From an archaeon (GTDB taxonomy: Archaea; B1Sed10-29; JAJSAI01), in NCBI GenBank assembly GCA_024274695.1, contig JAJSAI010000003.1, positions 1 to 16,894 on the forward strand: a stretch of 16,894 bases of DNA, in the 5' to 3' direction. The number at the start of each line of letters is the position of its first letter. The first letter of the stretch is position 1. The translations under genes were made by a program, and so were the position numbers. Shown here piece by piece: positions 15,636 through 16,894 of the stretch. The notes below the pieces were generated by a model. The model had not been told where the DNA came from. It ran no database searches and saw nothing but the letters and a program-made list of their open reading frames with translations.

Positions 15636-16679
15636 CAGGCTGAGCACGATCTCCCTGACCTCTTCGAACCCTGCGTTGGTCAGGATCCCCTTCCCGGTGA
15701 AAGGAGATTTCACGGCCCTGAAGCCCTTTTCCCGTAGCGCGCGTATGACCTTCTCCGTTTTGGGAGCGCAGATCTTGTTCTTTTTTGCCAGGTAGTGCAG
15801 GTCAATGTAAGGGTCTTTGAAGTCAAGGTCTTCCCAGAGTTTTCCGAGATAAGTGGGGCCTATTATTTCAAGCCTGCTCCCGCACACGGGGCATTTCTCC
15901 TGCCAGGACAGGCCCGCGTACGGAACGCGTTTCCGGTAGTCGCACTTTTGACAGTACTCGTAGTACCCCACATCCCTTTTCAGGGCCCTGCTCGAGGTCT
16001 TGGCCCAGCCGACGTGCACCGCGAAAACCCTGTAGTAGTGCTGGCGCGCGTACGCGTAAAACGGTAACAGACAAGCGTCTTCTTTCATTCCTTCCCTGAG
16101 GACGGCGTACGCAAGGTTTCTGACGCCAAGTTCTGGGTAGAAGCTGGTCTTGACTCCTCTGACCCCGTACCTCCTGAGCAGGACCTCTGGGAAGGTGGCG
16201 CTCAGGGCTCCCGTGTCAGTGGCAGTGGCAAAGATCATGCTCCCCTTTCCCTTCAGGCTATTTACCGCGGCGGGCAGGAAAGAAATAGGGGAGCCGAAGG
16301 GGTCTATGTCAACCACGTCAAAAGGCCTTTCCTCTAAGAGGAATACTCTCGCGTCCCTGCGGAACACTCTCACGTTAGCATTGTTTATTTCCGCGTTCTT
16401 TTTCATCAGCTCTACCGCCAGGGGGTTGTGATCGTTAGCGTAGACTTCTGCTCCTGCTTCCACAGCGTACCTGACTGCTCTTGCTCCCGTGCCTGACAGG
16501 CAGTCCGCCACCCTGTACTCTCTGCCTTCCCACTTGGCTTTCAGCAGGGACACTGAAATATCCCTGTCTTCCTCCATCACGGGGTTGTAGAAAACGGGGG
16601 CGTCGTACTTGCTGCCGTACTTCTCGGGATCCGGAACGAAAAGGATAACCCTGCCCTCTTTCCTTTTGGTGAGCTTCAT
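15630..16679 (-). CDS. trm1: tRNA (guanine-26-N2)-dimethyltransferase
   Basis: VFYNPVMEEDRD, DCLSGTGARAVRY, DIDPFGSP, TATD, ELGVRNL, HYYRVF, CxxC..CPVCG, GPTYLG motifs. Confidence 0.95.
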   Translation of the reverse strand: MKLTKRKEGRVILFVPDPEKYGSKYDAPVFYNPVMEEDRDISVSLLKAKWEGREYRVADCLSGTGARAVRYAVEAGAEVYANDHNPLAVELMKKNAEINNANVRVFRRDARVFLLEERPFDVVDIDPFGSPISFLPAAVNSLKGKGSMIFATATDTGALSATFPEVLLRRYGVRGVKTSFYPELGVRNLAYAVLREGMKEDACLLPFYAYARQHYYRVFAVHVGWAKTSSRALKRDVGYYEYCQKCDYRKRVPYAGLSWQEKCPVCGSRLEIIGPTYLGKLWEDLDFKDPYIDLHYLAKKNKICAPKTEKVIRALREKGFRAVKSPFTGKGILTNAGFEEVREIVLSLS

Positions 16680-16894
16680 TCGATTATCTCCGCAGGGATC
16701 CTTTCCGCGGGCAGGTTCCTGCTGAACTTTGCTCTGACTCTTCCTTTGTTCCCGTGGGCAGCGAGCACTGTGCCAGTGACCCTCTTGTCCTTTCCAACTG
16801 CCGCGACTATCTTCTTTCCAACCAGTTTCAGGGCAGTCTTCCTGTCCTTTACTCCTTCAACCACGACTATGACATGGTTAGGGTTATTAGTGTG
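16676..16894 (-). CDS. rpl35ae: 50S ribosomal protein L35Ae (5' end outside window)
   Basis: Frame is open to the window edge: HTNNPNHVIVVVEGVKDRKTALKLVGKK...GTVLAAHGNKGRVRAKFSRNLP. Overlaps the trm1 start (ATGA). Confidence 0.9.
   Translation of the reverse strand, partial: HTNNPNHVIVVVEGVKDRKTALKLVGKKIVAAVGKDKRVTGTVLAAHGNKGRVRAKFSRNLPAERIPAEIIE

Noticed and set aside
1-16894. Genome-wide reassignment of TAA to an amino acid
   Set aside because: TAA ends the ATPase (3707) and TFB (9822) at their expected C-termini and forms the TAATG coupling at 14611-14615.

Overview
Archaeal chromosomal window, shown by gar1-tfb, trm1, rpl35ae and TATA boxes about 25 nt upstream of start codons; a DPANN-type lineage is a guess from gene style, not proven. 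It holds two surface proteins, a bicupin, an AAA_14/DUF4143 ATPase bracketed by palindromic direct repeats, divergent GNAT and ASCH genes, a class III ribonucleotide reductase operon (nrdD-nrdG), gar1-tfb, an HExxH protein, a large Ig-repeat surface protein, an AT-rich island, trm1 and partial rpl35ae. Main observations absent from the ORF track: (1) a candidate RiPP cluster of an RRE-radical SAM-SPASM enzyme, an unannotated 50-aa three-Cys peptide and a translationally coupled phosphohistidine (PEP-utiliser mobile domain) protein; (2) a 15-aa micro-ORF that is essentially a PCNA-binding PIP-box-like motif, with a strong Shine-Dalgarno, ending the nrdDG operon in frame with nrdG; (3) single in-frame TAA codons interrupting otherwise intact tfb and radical SAM genes; (4) about 62-bp double-palindrome direct repeats around the ATPase; (5) two candidate small RNAs.
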